Below, piece by piece: positions 17,601 through 32,600 of a stretch of DNA of 64,000 nucleotides (positions are counted from its first letter, which is position 1; every line of letters starts with the position of its first letter). Origin of the DNA: an uncultured Clostridia bacterium. Lineage in GTDB: Bacteria; Bacillota; Clostridia; Christensenellales; UBA1242. The notes beneath the pieces were generated by a model, which saw only the letters and a program-made list of their open reading frames with translations, had not been told where the DNA came from and made no database searches. The translations under genes and the position numbers were made by a program. The stretch lies in NCBI GenBank assembly GCA_947626155.1, contig CANQRC010000002.1:1322-65321 (forward strand), written 5' to 3'.

Positions 17601-20600
17601 GCATAAATATAGGCTTATCTTTGAAGCAAGAATGAATAGCATTTCCGGATTGTCTTTGGCTATGCGACATTCGAGGGTTAACAATGACTACTATACTGGT
17701 TTGGTAAGTCAGGGAATTTCGGGCACGGCGTGGAAGATTTATACTCTTGAAAGGGAAATTCCCGCCTCGTTTACCACATCCGGCACATCCACGGCAAACT
17801 CCAACCCTCTTGCCCAAATTTACTCGGGCAGTTTGAAGGGCGACACCTCGCAAACAAACTCCTTTAATATGGATTTAAGAAACCTTGTAATTCTTGATAT
17901 ATCTAATAATAATGCTTTGGCTTATTCCAGCATGCTTTATTGGTTTGGCTACAACAACGCAACCGTCACCGCTCAATGGGAGGCAAACAAATATACTGTT
18001 AAATTCGAAAAAAACGGCTCTGACGGCGGAACCAACCCAACAACTTCTTTGGGCAACGCAGAAAGCGTAACCGCAACTTACGGCACGGCTTTCACCGCTA
18101 AAAACAACTGGACAAAAACCGGCTACACTTTCAGCGGCTGGAAACTTACAAGCACAACCGCAAGCGCAAGTTATTCTATGTGGGGAAAAGCGAACCCTCC
18201 AACAACAGGCATTGCAAATGGCGGCTCTATTTCCGCTGCAACTGCTGACACATTATACTTCTTAAACCTTGCCACATCTGGCACGGCTACTTTAACCGCG
18301 CAGTGGACGCAAAACACCTACACAATTGCCTTTAACAACGGCGGAAATGGCGCAGTTGGAACTATGGCAAGCATAACGGGCGTTCAGTTTGAACAGGTTA
18401 AACAACTCACCGCAATGTCGGGAATGTATAAAGTTGGCTACACATTCAGCGGCTGGAAAGTTACTTCGGGGCTGAACAGCTCAACCGCCACGGGCGTAAA
18501 ACCTCAGTGGGGAACGGCAAGCACATCCTGCACAACCGCTGTCACAAGCAGCACGGTTATTTCAAACAGCGGCTTTGTCCAAAGGCTTGCCACGTCCGGA
18601 ACGGTCACCTTGACCGCGCAATGGACAGCCAAAACAGGCATTGTTATCACCTTAAACGCAAATGGAGGAACACTTTCGTCCTCAAATGGCTGGACGGCAA
18701 GCGGACAAACCGCAACAAAGAGTTACACCTACGGCGCCGCTTACGGCACTTTGCCAACCCCAACAAGAACCGGCTACGAATTCCAAGGCTGGAAGGGCTT
18801 GAACTTGTTTGACTACACAAACGCTACCTTGCAACAAAGCAATGCTTACTTCAACGGCTCAACTGGAGCGATTGTGAAAAGCAACGGCTTTGCAGTTTAC
18901 AAAGTTACCGTCAAAGCAAACACAAAATACACCATTTTAAACTCGGGCAAATGCACCGCACCGGGCTATGCTTGTTACAGCAGCGCAAACGCACTTCTTA
19001 GCGGCGGCTATAAAAATTATAACAACCAATCCAAAGTCACCTTCACAACCCCTGCAAACACGGCATACATTTTGGTTTCGGTTGTAACGGACAGCACGGG
19101 CGGCGAAAGTTATAGATATGATCTAGAAAAGTTCTGCCTCGCAGAGGGAGATGTTTCTACCTATTCGCCTTATCTGCCTCTTACAAAAACCCCTGGAACA
19201 ATGAATTCAACCGTAAACGGCACGCTTTACGCTGAGTGGAAGGCGTCAACAATTAGTAAGGGTGTTGTTTATAAGGCAAACGGCGGAACCGGCGCAGATG
19301 TGACTCAAAGCGTTACTTATGGCTCTGCATGGACAACCTATGGCGCAAGCGAAACAAAGTTTACACGCACGGGCTATCAACTTATGTATTGGACAACCAA
19401 CAACAACGGCACAGGCACAAAATATTCTTTGAGCACGCAACAGTCCGCTTGGAACAGAACTGACACGCTTACCCTTTACGCTTATTGGAGGAAAAAGGCT
19501 TACACTCTCACCTACGACGGAAACGGCGGCACGGTTACCGACACTTTGAAGACCGACAAGGTGAATTATGGCGAACACATAATCCAAAAGACAAACCTTT
19601 ATGACCCATCTCGCGCCACACCAAGCACAGGGCTTACGGTTGGTTCAGACGGAGTGTTTACTCTTAGCCTTACAAAAACTTCTGAGACCACAACAACTCA
19701 GTATGTGAACTTCAACACTTCACTTCTCAACTCCGTTCAACCAAGCACAAAATACACTTGGGTTGTTGATGTAAAAACGTTCTCGGGCGGAACTTTCGTT
19801 ATTCATATGACTTCTCCTGGCGATGTAAAAACTGAAAACGGCAAGGGTGATGTTGCTGGGGGAGGCAGCGCGTGCACAATAAGCAAGGTTGGAACTTACA
19901 CCGCAACTATTACCACGCGTGCAGATGCTGACACAAGTTTAAGAGAATTCCGCTCTTATATTTCAATGAGCGCAAAAACATCTTATAGCGCAAAATTCAC
20001 AATCTCACTGTTTGTGGGAGATGTTTCTTATTCTAAATTTGCTTACTCAAAAGTTGGAACGGTGAACACTTCGCTTACACGCACAAACCCAACAAGAACG
20101 GGCTACACTTTCCGCGGCTGGGCAAACTCGCCAACCACAACGTTTAGCGCCCCTACGCGTCTTACTGATACATCAATGAGAATTAGTTTAGCGAATACAG
20201 AGTTTACCAATAATACATACATTTACATGACGTTCAAAGCAACCGCGCCATTCTATTCTATTGATATTAACGACCAAGTTGCACCATATTCGCTGCAAAA
20301 AAGCGGCGACAAGTATATCTTGGAAGTCTATATGGACACAATCACGAGCCATTTGGGAAGTCTCAGCTTTATAGATTTAAATTTTGCTGCAAATGCACCA
20401 GTAACGTCAGTGACAGAAATTTCTGGCAAAGTTTTCAACGAAAATAAACACTTCACCACAACAACCGCAGCCGGCGTTACAACAGACAAAAAGACTTGGA
20501 CCACTGACGGCGCAGGCACAGTTTATGCTATGTGGCAGCCAAAAACTTATACTATTACGTTAAACCAAAATGGCGCAACCACAAATTCTAGCCCAACTTC

Positions 20601-23600
20601 GCTTTCCGTTCAATACAAAAGCAACCTTATCAGCGCCATAACCGCGCCAAAGAGGACGGGATATGACTTTGCTGGTTGGACGTCCACACAAAATGGCACG
20701 GACGTTGTAATTGACACAAACGGAAAATTCAAAACAGGCGTTTCGAGCTACACCGATGCAAACGGAAACTGGATTAAAGATGGCGCTGCCACCCTCTATG
20801 CAAAGTGGACGCCTTACACTTATACTGTTTCGTTCAGCGCGAATGGGGCAACAACCGCAACCGCTCCAACCACAACACTTACCAGCGGAAAGGCTACTTA
20901 CGGCACGGCATTCTCAGTAAAGAATAACTACGCTTGGGCGGGCCACACGTTTGCCGGATGGAAACTTGTGGGAACAAACCCAAACTACACCACCGCAAAA
21001 TACGGCACGGCGAACAATGCTGTGAATGGTGATATTTCAAACGCAACAACTATAATTAAGGCAGACGCAACAACAACCCTTTGGTTTATTAACCTCTCCA
21101 CCACAAAGAATGGCAATGTTACCTTGCAGGCGGTATGGAATACCAACACCTACACAGTGAACTTCTCAAACGGGCTTGCTGCGGGGCAGAGCTTAACTCC
21201 GGACACCGCAACAAAAGCGCCAACAGTGACTGGGCTTACGGGCGCATCTGGAAACACGGCAACTTATGGCACAGAATTTACAGTTGTAAACAATTGGAGA
21301 AGAACGGGCTATAAGTTTGTCGGCTGGAAACTTACAAGTTCAACCGCCACAAACGCCAAGTGGGGAACTGCCACAAAGCCAGCCACCGCTTTGGCAAACA
21401 ACGGCGTTGCAAAAGCAACCGCTGAAAATCAAAAACTTTACTTCTTAAACCTTGCCGAGACGGGCAGCGTCACGCTGACGGCGCAATGGGAGGCGATAGT
21501 TGCCACCATCACAATTGGCGACTACAATCAAAATGCCGCGGGCGTTTCTAATGGAAACTTTGAAACAACAAAGGCAAGCACCACCTCTTGGGACACAACT
21601 CTTAACGGAACACTTTCGGCAACCGGCTGGAACGACTATAACAGCGGGGTTGACAGCGATAAGGGTGTCAAGGGAACGCACGCCCATGTTCACGCAAGTG
21701 GCGAGGCAGACCACGGCTATGTTATGGAATTTAAACTGCAAGACGGCACAACTGTTACAAACATCAGGCGTTGGATTGGAACAAGCCAAAGCTTGACGGC
21801 GGCTATTAAAGAACAAGCAAAAACCAAGAAAATAATCATTGAAATGGATGTTAAGAGGGTGGCAGGAAACAGCAGAATTACCGGAGGTATTTACTACACA
21901 AAGCCAACTGCCGATCAAAACTTCCACAGCGGAAAATTCACTTTCAACCCAACTCAAAACGGCGTTTGGGAACACTTCACATACACCTACAATGCTTTTA
22001 CAGACTATGGAACTTATACTGCAACAGACGGAAAAACTCGCACTGTCATGACTTTGTATATTTACGGCATGGAATATGCCAGCAGCGAGGCAAACTCCAA
22101 CTGCTGGGTTGATAACGTTGTTGTTAGAGTGGCAGATGCTGACAGCCCAATTGTTCCTACTCCACAAGTGATCTATCAGAAATATGAAACGGGCTACTAC
22201 TCAAACAGCGGTTGCACAACATCCGTTGCAAAACTTACACCTCCAACAAGGCAAGGCTACACTTTTGCGGGCTATTATCTCTCCACGGGCAATGGCGCAA
22301 TTGATGAAAAGAAGCCTTTCACCGACGCAAATGGAGACTTTAGCAACAAAGCATTTAATTACACAACCGCAAATGTAACCGTTTTGGCGAAGTGGACACC
22401 TGCCCAATATACTTTGACGCTGATTGACACCGCACCTGACCCTGACGTCACAACAACGGTTAAAGTTAAGACTAACGACAACAATATTTACACCGTGAGC
22501 GAATCCGAAACTGTTGTCCAGCCAACAAGAACAAGAACGGGTTACAACTTCAATGGCTGGTGGACTGCCGCAACTGGCGGAGTTGCCGTGATTAGCAACG
22601 AAGGACGGCTTAAAGGTAGTGTCACAAACTTCACCGACACCGGCGGAAAGTGGCTTGGAATTGATGATGTTACGCTTTACGCACAATGGGTGGCACAAAG
22701 CATTCCTGTCACTCTTTCAACGGTTGAGAACGGCGGAAAAATTAAAGCCAACACCTCAAACGGGTGGACGGTTGCTGCGGATGGGCAAACCGCCACAAAG
22801 AACATCACTTTTGATTCCGCACTTGGCGCTTTGCCAGGTTACGACTCTGACACCGTTGTTGCTTTGGGAGAGGTTTACAGAGCGGGCTATGACTTCAAAG
22901 GTTGGTTTGCTGAAACTACCGGCGGAAGCGCAATCAACACCAAAACAAAACTTACAAAAGCGGACAAGCCTCGATATGTTGCACAATGGGGTGTTAAGAC
23001 GTTTACTGTATCTTACTATAATGGAAGCACAAAGCTTACCCCAACAACAACCTACACAATTAACGGCGGAACGCTTGCAGCAGCAAGTGCGTTCACAACA
23101 GGGTTGACAAATACGGGCTACACTTTTGCTGGCTGGAGAGTTAAGACCCACAGCATTAAGAACGCCAATTGGAACCAAGTGGGGGACACTTGGCCAGAAT
23201 GCACAGCTTGGGCAGGAAAAACCTTTGCTACAAACAGTTTGTCTGTTGGAACGGGCTTCTATGGCGATGTTGAAATGGAGGCTATGTGGACGGCAAAGCA
23301 ATATACTGTTACATTCAACGCGGGCGCTCCTGCAAACGACACTGCGGCGCGAGTGCTTACTCCAAGTGGAGATGTAACTGACGGAAAACTCTACATCACC
23401 TATGGCGAAAACAAATTCTATAAAGAAAGTGGCAAAAAGACCGCAGTTACTTCAATCACTGCAACAACCACCAAATTGGGTTACGAATTTGGCGGATGGT
23501 ATTCTGACAGCACCCAAGTTGTTTCTGCCGCAGGAGCGCTTAACAAAAATGTTAGTGGCTTTACAAACGCAGACGGAAATTGGATTAAAACCGGAAATGT

Positions 23601-26600
23601 TACCCTTACCGCAAAGTGGACCGCCAAGACTTTCACCTTGACTTTGGATAAGGACGACGCAACGGGCGGCTCTAACTCATCTGTAACTATTAAATTTAAC
23701 GACACAAAAGTCACAGGCACAATCACCGCAATCTCTAAGACGGGTTATGTTCTTAAAGGTTGGGGCGCAGCGAAAGACAGCACAACGCCAATTATTGACG
23801 CAAGCGGAAATGTTTGTGCGTCTGTTGACGGCTACTCAAACGCTTCAAAAAATTGGACTGCAAACGGAGGCACGCTGGCGCGCACCCTCTATGCTATCTT
23901 CACGCCTGCAATTTACACAATCACCGTAAATGACGGCTCAGCAACAAACAAAACCATTTATCTTAAATATGGCGACGGATATTATTCCGCTTTGAATTCA
24001 GGAAAGACCGACGTCACAGGCAACAAGTTGACAACCTTGACTTACACCCTTAAAACCGGTTACACCTTGGAGGGCTTCTGGACAGGACAAAACAAAGCCG
24101 GAACGCAAGTGACTGCCGCCGGAGACAGAACTGGCAGCGCCGTAGCATTCACTACGGCTGCAACAACCGCTTTCACGGCAAACGGAACAATGTTTGCTAG
24201 TTGGAAGCCAAACACAGACACAATCACTTTGAACGGGAATGGTGGAGAACCTGCCACGGCAACGGTCACTGCAACATATGACAGCCCAACTTTGCCAAAA
24301 ATCACCCCTCCAACAAGGGCGGGCTACACCTTTGACGGCTGGACAACCCTTGCAAATGGCGGCAATCTTGTTATCACAAAAGACGGAAAATTTGTTGCAA
24401 ATGCAAAAGACAGCAACTCCACTCCAAAGACAATTGTTTCCGCTGACGGAAAGTGGATTTACAATGCCAACTTAACCCTCTACGCTAAGTGGAGCGCAAA
24501 CGACATCACAATTGACTTTGCAAGTGAAAACTTCTTTACTAGAACAGACACGGGTGTGTTTACAATTGGCTATTATAATGTCGGAACAGATGGAACAGTA
24601 AACAAGTTAACCGTTGAAGACGGCGAAATATGTCAGGTTATTGGAATTAAAACAGTCTCCGGCAGTGGCGGACCTTATGTGGTTGGCGAAAAAGTGTTGG
24701 AGGCAGGAAAGAAATACCGCTGGGCAATTGAAATCAAGTTTGAATTGACTGGGTCCAATAGGACTATTACCGTTAGTGTCGGACATGAACAAAATGGAAG
24801 AAAGAATGTTACCTCAACCACAGATTGGCAACATATTACACATGAATTTACAGCGTCTGAAAGCACTTACAAGGCGTTTATATTCTACAACTATGGCTCT
24901 GGGGAAGCAGCATTCAAGGCTGGGGACAAGATGTACTTCAAGAACCTCACACTTCAAGAGGTTGGCGAACCTGACGAGGCCGTTCCAAGTAGAAGATACA
25001 CCTATGGCGCAAAACTTACAAATCTTCCAACTCCAAAAAGAACGGGTTATCAATTTGTGGGCTGGTATTTGGGAGACAAACAAATAACCACCGACACAAA
25101 CCTTACAACAGAAAACGGCTTCAAGACCGACAACACAAACATTCTGACGGCTCGTTGGAACAGGCTTTCTTATGTTCTTACCGTTGACGCTAACGGCGGC
25201 ACTCACGCAAAGAACTTGTTCACCGAAATTGGCTCTAACTGGACGGAGGAAGCCGCTGACAGAATGTCTGTTAAATATGACGCCGCCACGGGAACTTACA
25301 CTTGCACGTCGCTTAAGGCAAGCGACCCTTGGATTCAAACCAAACTTGCCGCACAACTGTCAACTGGAAAAACGTATGTTATGAAAGGTCACGCAACCAC
25401 AAATGGACAATTCTTCTGGGGAATTTCATCTGCCAACGCGTGGTTTAACTATAACGCCGGTGACTTCTCAAATGAGATTACGGTTACCCAAAATGGCCTT
25501 TACAAGTTCCGTTTTGACAACGCACAACAAAGCACTGTGGGACAAGTTAACACAATCACAAATCTTGTCATCTATGAAAAAGAATCTTTGGGGGCGACAA
25601 ATGTTCAATACACGCTTCCTTACGGAGACTATCAACAACTTGTTATTCCAACTCGCTTGGGTTACACCTTCAACGGTTGGGAAGTTACCGCTGGCACAGG
25701 CGTAACAATAAATGGAAATGTTGTTAAAACTGGCGCAGGGGCTGCAACAGTTCGCGCAAAATGGGTTCAAGACACCTACAAACTTCACATTGAGGGCGTT
25801 GGAGACGGCACAAATGTTCAAACTTGGTCTTTGACAGGCCTTACCGCTGCCGGAACAATGACTTACACTGTAAACTACGCTTCCACAATCAATTTGAGCG
25901 CCGTTGCCTATGAGGGCTATGAACTTACCAAGTTCCAAATTAAGATTGGAACGGCCGCTTACGCTGATTTGGCGGGAATCACTTTGACAACTTCAAACCA
26001 AGCAACTGACGCCGCAGGGGCAAACTATTATCGCGGCAGGGCATTCCCAAATTCGACAATTCAGGCTATTTTTGACAGAAATTCGACAGGAATTGCCAAG
26101 AATTCTGACCTTTACATCAAGGCAATCACAACGGCAAAAACAGTTTCTTATGACCTTGCTGTTTACACTCAAAACCCAGCAAATTCAAAAGACGCTTACA
26201 CAAAAGTTGCAACCAAGAAGTCGTCTGCAGTTGTTGGCACAACCTTAACTCAAGACGCTATTTTGAAGCTTATCACCGACGACAAGTCAATCAACCTCAG
26301 CGGTTACAAATTTGACAGAATCAGAACGCAAAACAACGGTGGCGCAGAGTCTGCAAGTTTGGTTGTCACCGCACACTTTGTGGTTAACGTTTACTACAAC
26401 CTTGACGAATACACAATCACTTTCAAAGTGAACGAGGGCAACGGAAAGTTTATCTCCACAAACGGCACAACCGCAACTGCCAAATTTAATGTTGGCGGAA
26501 TTATTAAGCTGCTTGGCGATGGAGACTTGGTTTATCCGGGCTACAAACTTCTCAACTGGGAAGTTAGCACCGACGCGGGCGGCTGGACGGGCGGAAAGAC

Positions 26601-29600
26601 TTTTGCCCCAGGCGCAAGCTTTAACGCTGACGGCGAGACAAGATATTATGGAGATGTTACGCTTATTGCTAACTTCGAGCCAGCAGAATTCTCTATAAGT
26701 TATAATGTTGACGGCGGAACGGCCATTGCTGACAGAAACTTCACAATCCAAGACGGCGTTACTTTGCCAAATGCTGTTAAAAAAGGCTACAACTTCAAGT
26801 CTTGGACAGAAGGCTTTGTGTTCAAGCGTTGGTATAGCGGAAATATCACAAACGCTGGCTTTGCCGCAAGCGCAACCGCTGTGTTCCTTGAGCCAATCAC
26901 TGCAAGAGCAGGGGTTAAATACTCAATCAACATCACAAGCGGCGTGACATGGTTCTTCTTCTCCAAAACAGGTCAATACATTTCCACTGCAACTGGCGCA
27001 ACAGCCACCGCTCCAAGCCAAGAGAGTTTGCTTTACATCCTCTTGTCAGGCGGCGCAGCATTCACAACAACTTCTAAGGGCGAACTTCAAATTTCTGGCA
27101 CAACAATCATGGTTACCGCCTCGGACGGAAGCACAGTTTCAAGCATTGAAATTGGAAGTGTTGGCTCAAGAAATTACAAGGCAAACTGGTCGCCAAAGAA
27201 AGTTGCTGTTGATTTGAACCTGAACGACAGCACAAAGAACAACGGCTCCACAGTTGCAAAAGTGCCATCAATTGGCGCGGCAACAACCGTTTATATTGCT
27301 TATCAAACAAAAGAAATTTACAAAACTAATGCGGATGACGCAGAACTTATTCGTCAACTTGTTGCAACGCGTGACGGATACTCTTTCCTCGGCTGGTTTA
27401 ACGGCGATACAAAGACCATTGACGAAAACGGCTACCTTATTGACAATTGGAAAGTCTCTGACGAAGAAGCGAAGGTTACGCTTGTGGCTCATTGGCAAGC
27501 GAACACTTACAAGATTTCTTTGAGTGGAAACGCAGGAACAATTGTTTCTTCAAGTGCAGTCTCTGGGCTTAAGAAAGACAGCAACCACGTGTTCACCGCC
27601 ACATTCGACAGCAAGCAAGACGAACAATTTAGCGCGGAAGTTTACAGGACAGGCTTTGCGTTCATGGGCTGGTCTCTAAACGGGGCAGACACAACCGTAG
27701 GCGGAACAAGCACAAACTTCCCATACAGAGGCGACATCACAAGAACGCCTCAAGAAAACTATGCTTCTTACTCACAAACTGTTGGCGTTCACAACCTTGC
27801 TTTCGCAAATACGGTTACAATTTACGCTATTTGGGACGCCGCATATGTAAATATCACTCTTGACCCACAAGACAGCACAAAGGGACAAGGCTCAACCAAG
27901 GCAGAACTCGGCTTTGAGGGCTACAAGATTTATGTTAAATATGATGCACAATTTAAAGAGGCCGTTTTGACAACCGCTAACCTTGAAAATGTTGGACTTG
28001 TAAGACCTACAAGGGTGGGCTATAAGTTTGACGGATGGTTTGCAGATGGCGTTAAAACTGAAATCACGGGCGAAACCAAGGCGAACAGCGACGCAGGCGT
28101 TAAGTTTAACGAGGCCACAGGCCTGTATGAAGTCACTTTGACGGCGCACTGGACGGCAAACACCTACACCGTTACATATAACAGAAACGGCATTCCAGAA
28201 GACACCATAACCTGGGTTGACTCAGCCAAAGCCACATTTGACAAACCTTACACAATTCAAACTTTTGAAAATGTTAAAAAGCAAAAGGCAGAGTTTGAAA
28301 TTCAAGGCTACTCATTCTTGCACTGGTCGGCTTCTTCAAACGGCGGAAAGTTTGCCGAAGAGGGCGCGCAATACAAGTATGTTCTCACGCAGGACCTTGT
28401 GCTTTACGCAAACCGAACCGAAAATTCATATAAAGTTGTCTATGACGGCGGTGACGGAAGACAAGATGCCGCAGGAAACACCGTTCAAGGAACGGCTGTT
28501 CAAATTTCCGGAACTAAGGTTGAGGCAACTTATAAATATGAATCTCAAAAAATTGACTTGGCTACAAGATACACGCGCACCGGCTACGAATTCGTTGGCT
28601 GGTATTTGCAGGACAACAAGACACAGGTTGTTGCAACTGATCCAGGGGCAAACAACACAATAAAGGCATTGTTTAGCTCTGTTGTGGTTTCTGGCAACAC
28701 GGGAACCTTGACACTTTATGCTAAGTGGAAACTTGTTCAAGTGAAATACATCGTTCACCATATGAAACAAAAACTTGCCTCCGCAATTGCTGGAAATGCA
28801 GAGTTTAATGTTTCTACGCCAACAACAAACTACACCGAGGACTCACAAGAGACAAAACAGGCGCTTGGACTTACAAAACTTACTCTTGAAAATATCAATA
28901 CCTATTATAAGACAATTGCAGGACACTCTCACCTGACCACAAGCGCGGGCTACGCTTCAAATAAGGAAAAAGGCACTGACGGCTCACTTGTTGTGGCGCT
29001 TGACGGCTCACTCAACATTTATCTTCTTTACACTTTGAATTCTCACACTTTGACCGTGAATGTTGGAACGGGAGTTTCTTCCGTGACCGTAACGGGCAAC
29101 GCTAACAGAACAATAACTGGCGCGACATATAAAATTTACTATGGCGAATCAATAAAGCTTGCCGCAACTCTTAATGCGGGCTACGCAAACGCAAAATTCA
29201 CAGTTACAAAACCTACAACTCTCACAATCACGTCCAACACTTTCACAACTCCTGATGAAGATGTTGTTGTCAGCGTTAGCGCTGAGGCACAACTTGTTCA
29301 ATATGACATCATAATTCACTATCAAGGCTTCGAAGGCACAACGGGAAGTTATGAAGCAGAAAACGCACAGACCGTAACTGAAACCGGCTCGGCAAGAACA
29401 GACTCTAAAGTTTCGTTTGACACGGCGGCAATTAACGCATATGTTCGCCCAGGCTTTGAATATGACTCAGTTGACTCAGTAACCACAATTGATAAAGTAA
29501 GTGGCGACATGACGCACAAGAGCCAAATTGTGCTCAACTTCAAGAGAAAGAACATAACTCTTACAATTGACCCAGACAAGGGCACAATCACCGGCGTTGG

Positions 29601-32600
29601 CGAGTTAAAAGATGAAAAATATCAAGTAACTCAAATTTTTGGCACGTCACTCACGATTGCAAACGCAACAAGAGCGGGTTACTCATTTGGCGGCTACACT
29701 CAGCCTGCAAGCGGCACTTTGAAAGATGGCACATTCACCTTTGGCGAAGAGGACACAAGCATCAAAGCAATTTGGCTTGTAAGAAGAATTTCTGTTGTGC
29801 TTAATCTGAATGAAGACGCTGGCACACACTCTAACGCTCATTTTGGTGCAGATATTGTTGATGAAAAAATCTTTGTTGAGTATGATAGCAAAAACATCTA
29901 TCCAAGCAACGATTCAAGCGCAACAAAAATTTCACCAATTGCAACAAGGGCTGGTTACACATTCAAGGGTTGGTATCGGGAGACTGCCGGCACAACTCAA
30001 GTTATAACCGACAAGGGCGCGCTTGTAAACGACTGGACATTGTCAGACAAAAATGACGCCGTTACGCTTTACGCAAAATGGGAGATTATCACCTACAACA
30101 TCACTTACGCCATGAATGGCGGCACAGGTGAAGACGCAACTGATACTTACACAATTGAGATGGCAGATAAGAACTTCAATTCTGCCACAAGAACGGGCTA
30201 CACACACCTTGGCTGGAAAGCAAACAAGACCGGAAATTGGAACACTGCAAAAACCTATACAACTTCCGACAACTTTGCCGGGCTTTATGGAGATGTAACG
30301 CTTACCGCTCAATGGCAGGCAGATGTCTATGAAATTCATTTGGATAAAAATGAAAGAACAACTGACACAACCCATTCAACTTTAACAAATGATAAAATTT
30401 ACATCACATATGACGATTCAACATTCTACACAAAGGCGTCAAACAATGTGGTAGACAAGTCCTCTTCAATTGTTCCAACCCTTTCAAGAGCAGGATACAC
30501 ATTCGGCGGATGGGAAGTTGAAGAAACTCCAATTGTCAGCGCGGCAGGCGCATTGCTTGCAAGCGTTGACGGTTACACAAACGCAAACGGACAATGGCAA
30601 CACGTAGTTGCTAAAGACTCTTTCATAACCTTTAAAGCAATTTGGACGGCAAACAGCAATATTGTAGTTTCATTCGACCTCAATATTGAGGATGAAGACT
30701 ACATGACAATTGACAAACTCACTCAGCCACCAACACAAAAGGTTACTTTTGATGACACTTACGAAACTCTTCCAAAGCTAACAAGAACAGGCTTCACATT
30801 TGACGGCTGGTATAAAAATGAGGAGTGCACCGGTGACGAGGTTGTCGAGTCAACAAAGGTTACAAACCCTGCTAGCCACACATTGTATGCAAAATGGACG
30901 GCGCTTCCAAACAACATAACGGTTACCGTTTCCAAACATCTTGAAGAGACTCACACGCCAGAGGGAGCAATCAATTCTCACAGCGGAAATGTTGTTGTAA
31001 AATTGACGGCAAAGACGGGTTACTCTCTTCCAGCAACAATCACAGTTACAATTGGCGGAGTTGCACAAGTTGTTACAACAAATTACACCTACACATTTGG
31101 CGACAATGAGACAAGAAAGACGGCTACCGTTACAGTTTCAAGCAAATATATCAACGCGGCAGTTGTTGTCACCGTTCAAGAAGTTGCAGGAATAAACACT
31201 GTTACGCCAAAGATGACAAATGTCACATTTGACGGCGCAAGAACGGTTAACTCCGGCGTTGCGTATTCGGCAGAACTTACAAGAGTTTATGGCTACAACT
31301 TGCCAGAAGAAATTGAAATTACCGTTGGAGACAGAACGCTTACCCCAACAACTGACTACACTTACTCAAAAGAAACGGGCGAAATCTCAATTAACGAGGA
31401 CGTCATTGACGGAGATGTTGTCATCACGGCAAGCGGCGTTGCAAGAACATATCAAGTCACCCTAAACGCAAACGGAGGAAAGATTTCTGCCGGCGGCGAG
31501 CAAAAAGATTCAATCACAATCACTGTAACTTACGGGCAAACTTATGACGCTTTGCCTCAGGACGGAGTTCTTCAAAGCGGAAGCCTTATCACAAAAGAGG
31601 GCTACGTCTTCCAAGGCTGGCTGCTTGAAAAGACAAGTGACGGTGCAGGCCACACCGCTTCATTCATTAAAAAAGACACCCAAGTTACCAACGAAGACGA
31701 ACACACACTTTATGCTTACTATGAGCCAAAGGGCGTAATGGTTAAGGTTAGAAACCTCTCAGGCACGTCTGTTGAAGGAACTGTTATGGGAAAGGCCATA
31801 ACAAACGACGAGGGGCTTGACTATCAGTCAGATTATTTGTATAGTAAAACATTCAGGGTTGGCGAAACAGTTAACCTCACTTACACCGCAAGCGGAAAAT
31901 ACACCTTCACAAAATGGACAAAGGGCGAAAACGAGAGTGTAACCAACACCGCATATGTTGTCACAACTGCTGACGGCGAAGATGGAGAAATTGAATTTAT
32001 TGCACACTACTCATTTAAAATCACAGTTATTGCCGTAACGGACGGCAAAGCAAATGACCAAGTTGGCGGAACGGTAAATCTTCCATCTCTTACCGCCGGA
32101 GCAACCGTCACAAGCACTTATGAATACAACTCTGCCGAAACAACAGTTGTTGCCACCGCAGCCGCAAACGCTCCAGACTATGACTTCAAAGGGTGGTTCA
32201 GCGACCTTGCTTTGAAAGAGAACGCAGGAAAAGACCCTGGCCTTACAATCAAATATGGTACAAACGGAAACCTCACATTCTACGCTTCATTTGAGGCGCA
32301 TGCGTTTACCATCAGCTACGAAAAGGATGGCGGAGAATTTGTTAAGGGCTACAATGCTCCAGCAACATTTAAAGTCACCGAGAGAGTTGTCCTTCCAACA
32401 GGCGCAAACATCCAAAAAACGGGCTACACATTCCTTGGCTGGAACGATAAAAACGAATCAACAAGCGAATACATCACCGAAATTGGTGTTAACACGCGCC
32501 ACGCAAATGTAACATTCTACGCATTCTGGCAGGCAAATAAATACACGGTTACGCTTGATAGAAATGCAGTTTTGAATGGCGAAAGTGACAAGTGGATAAC

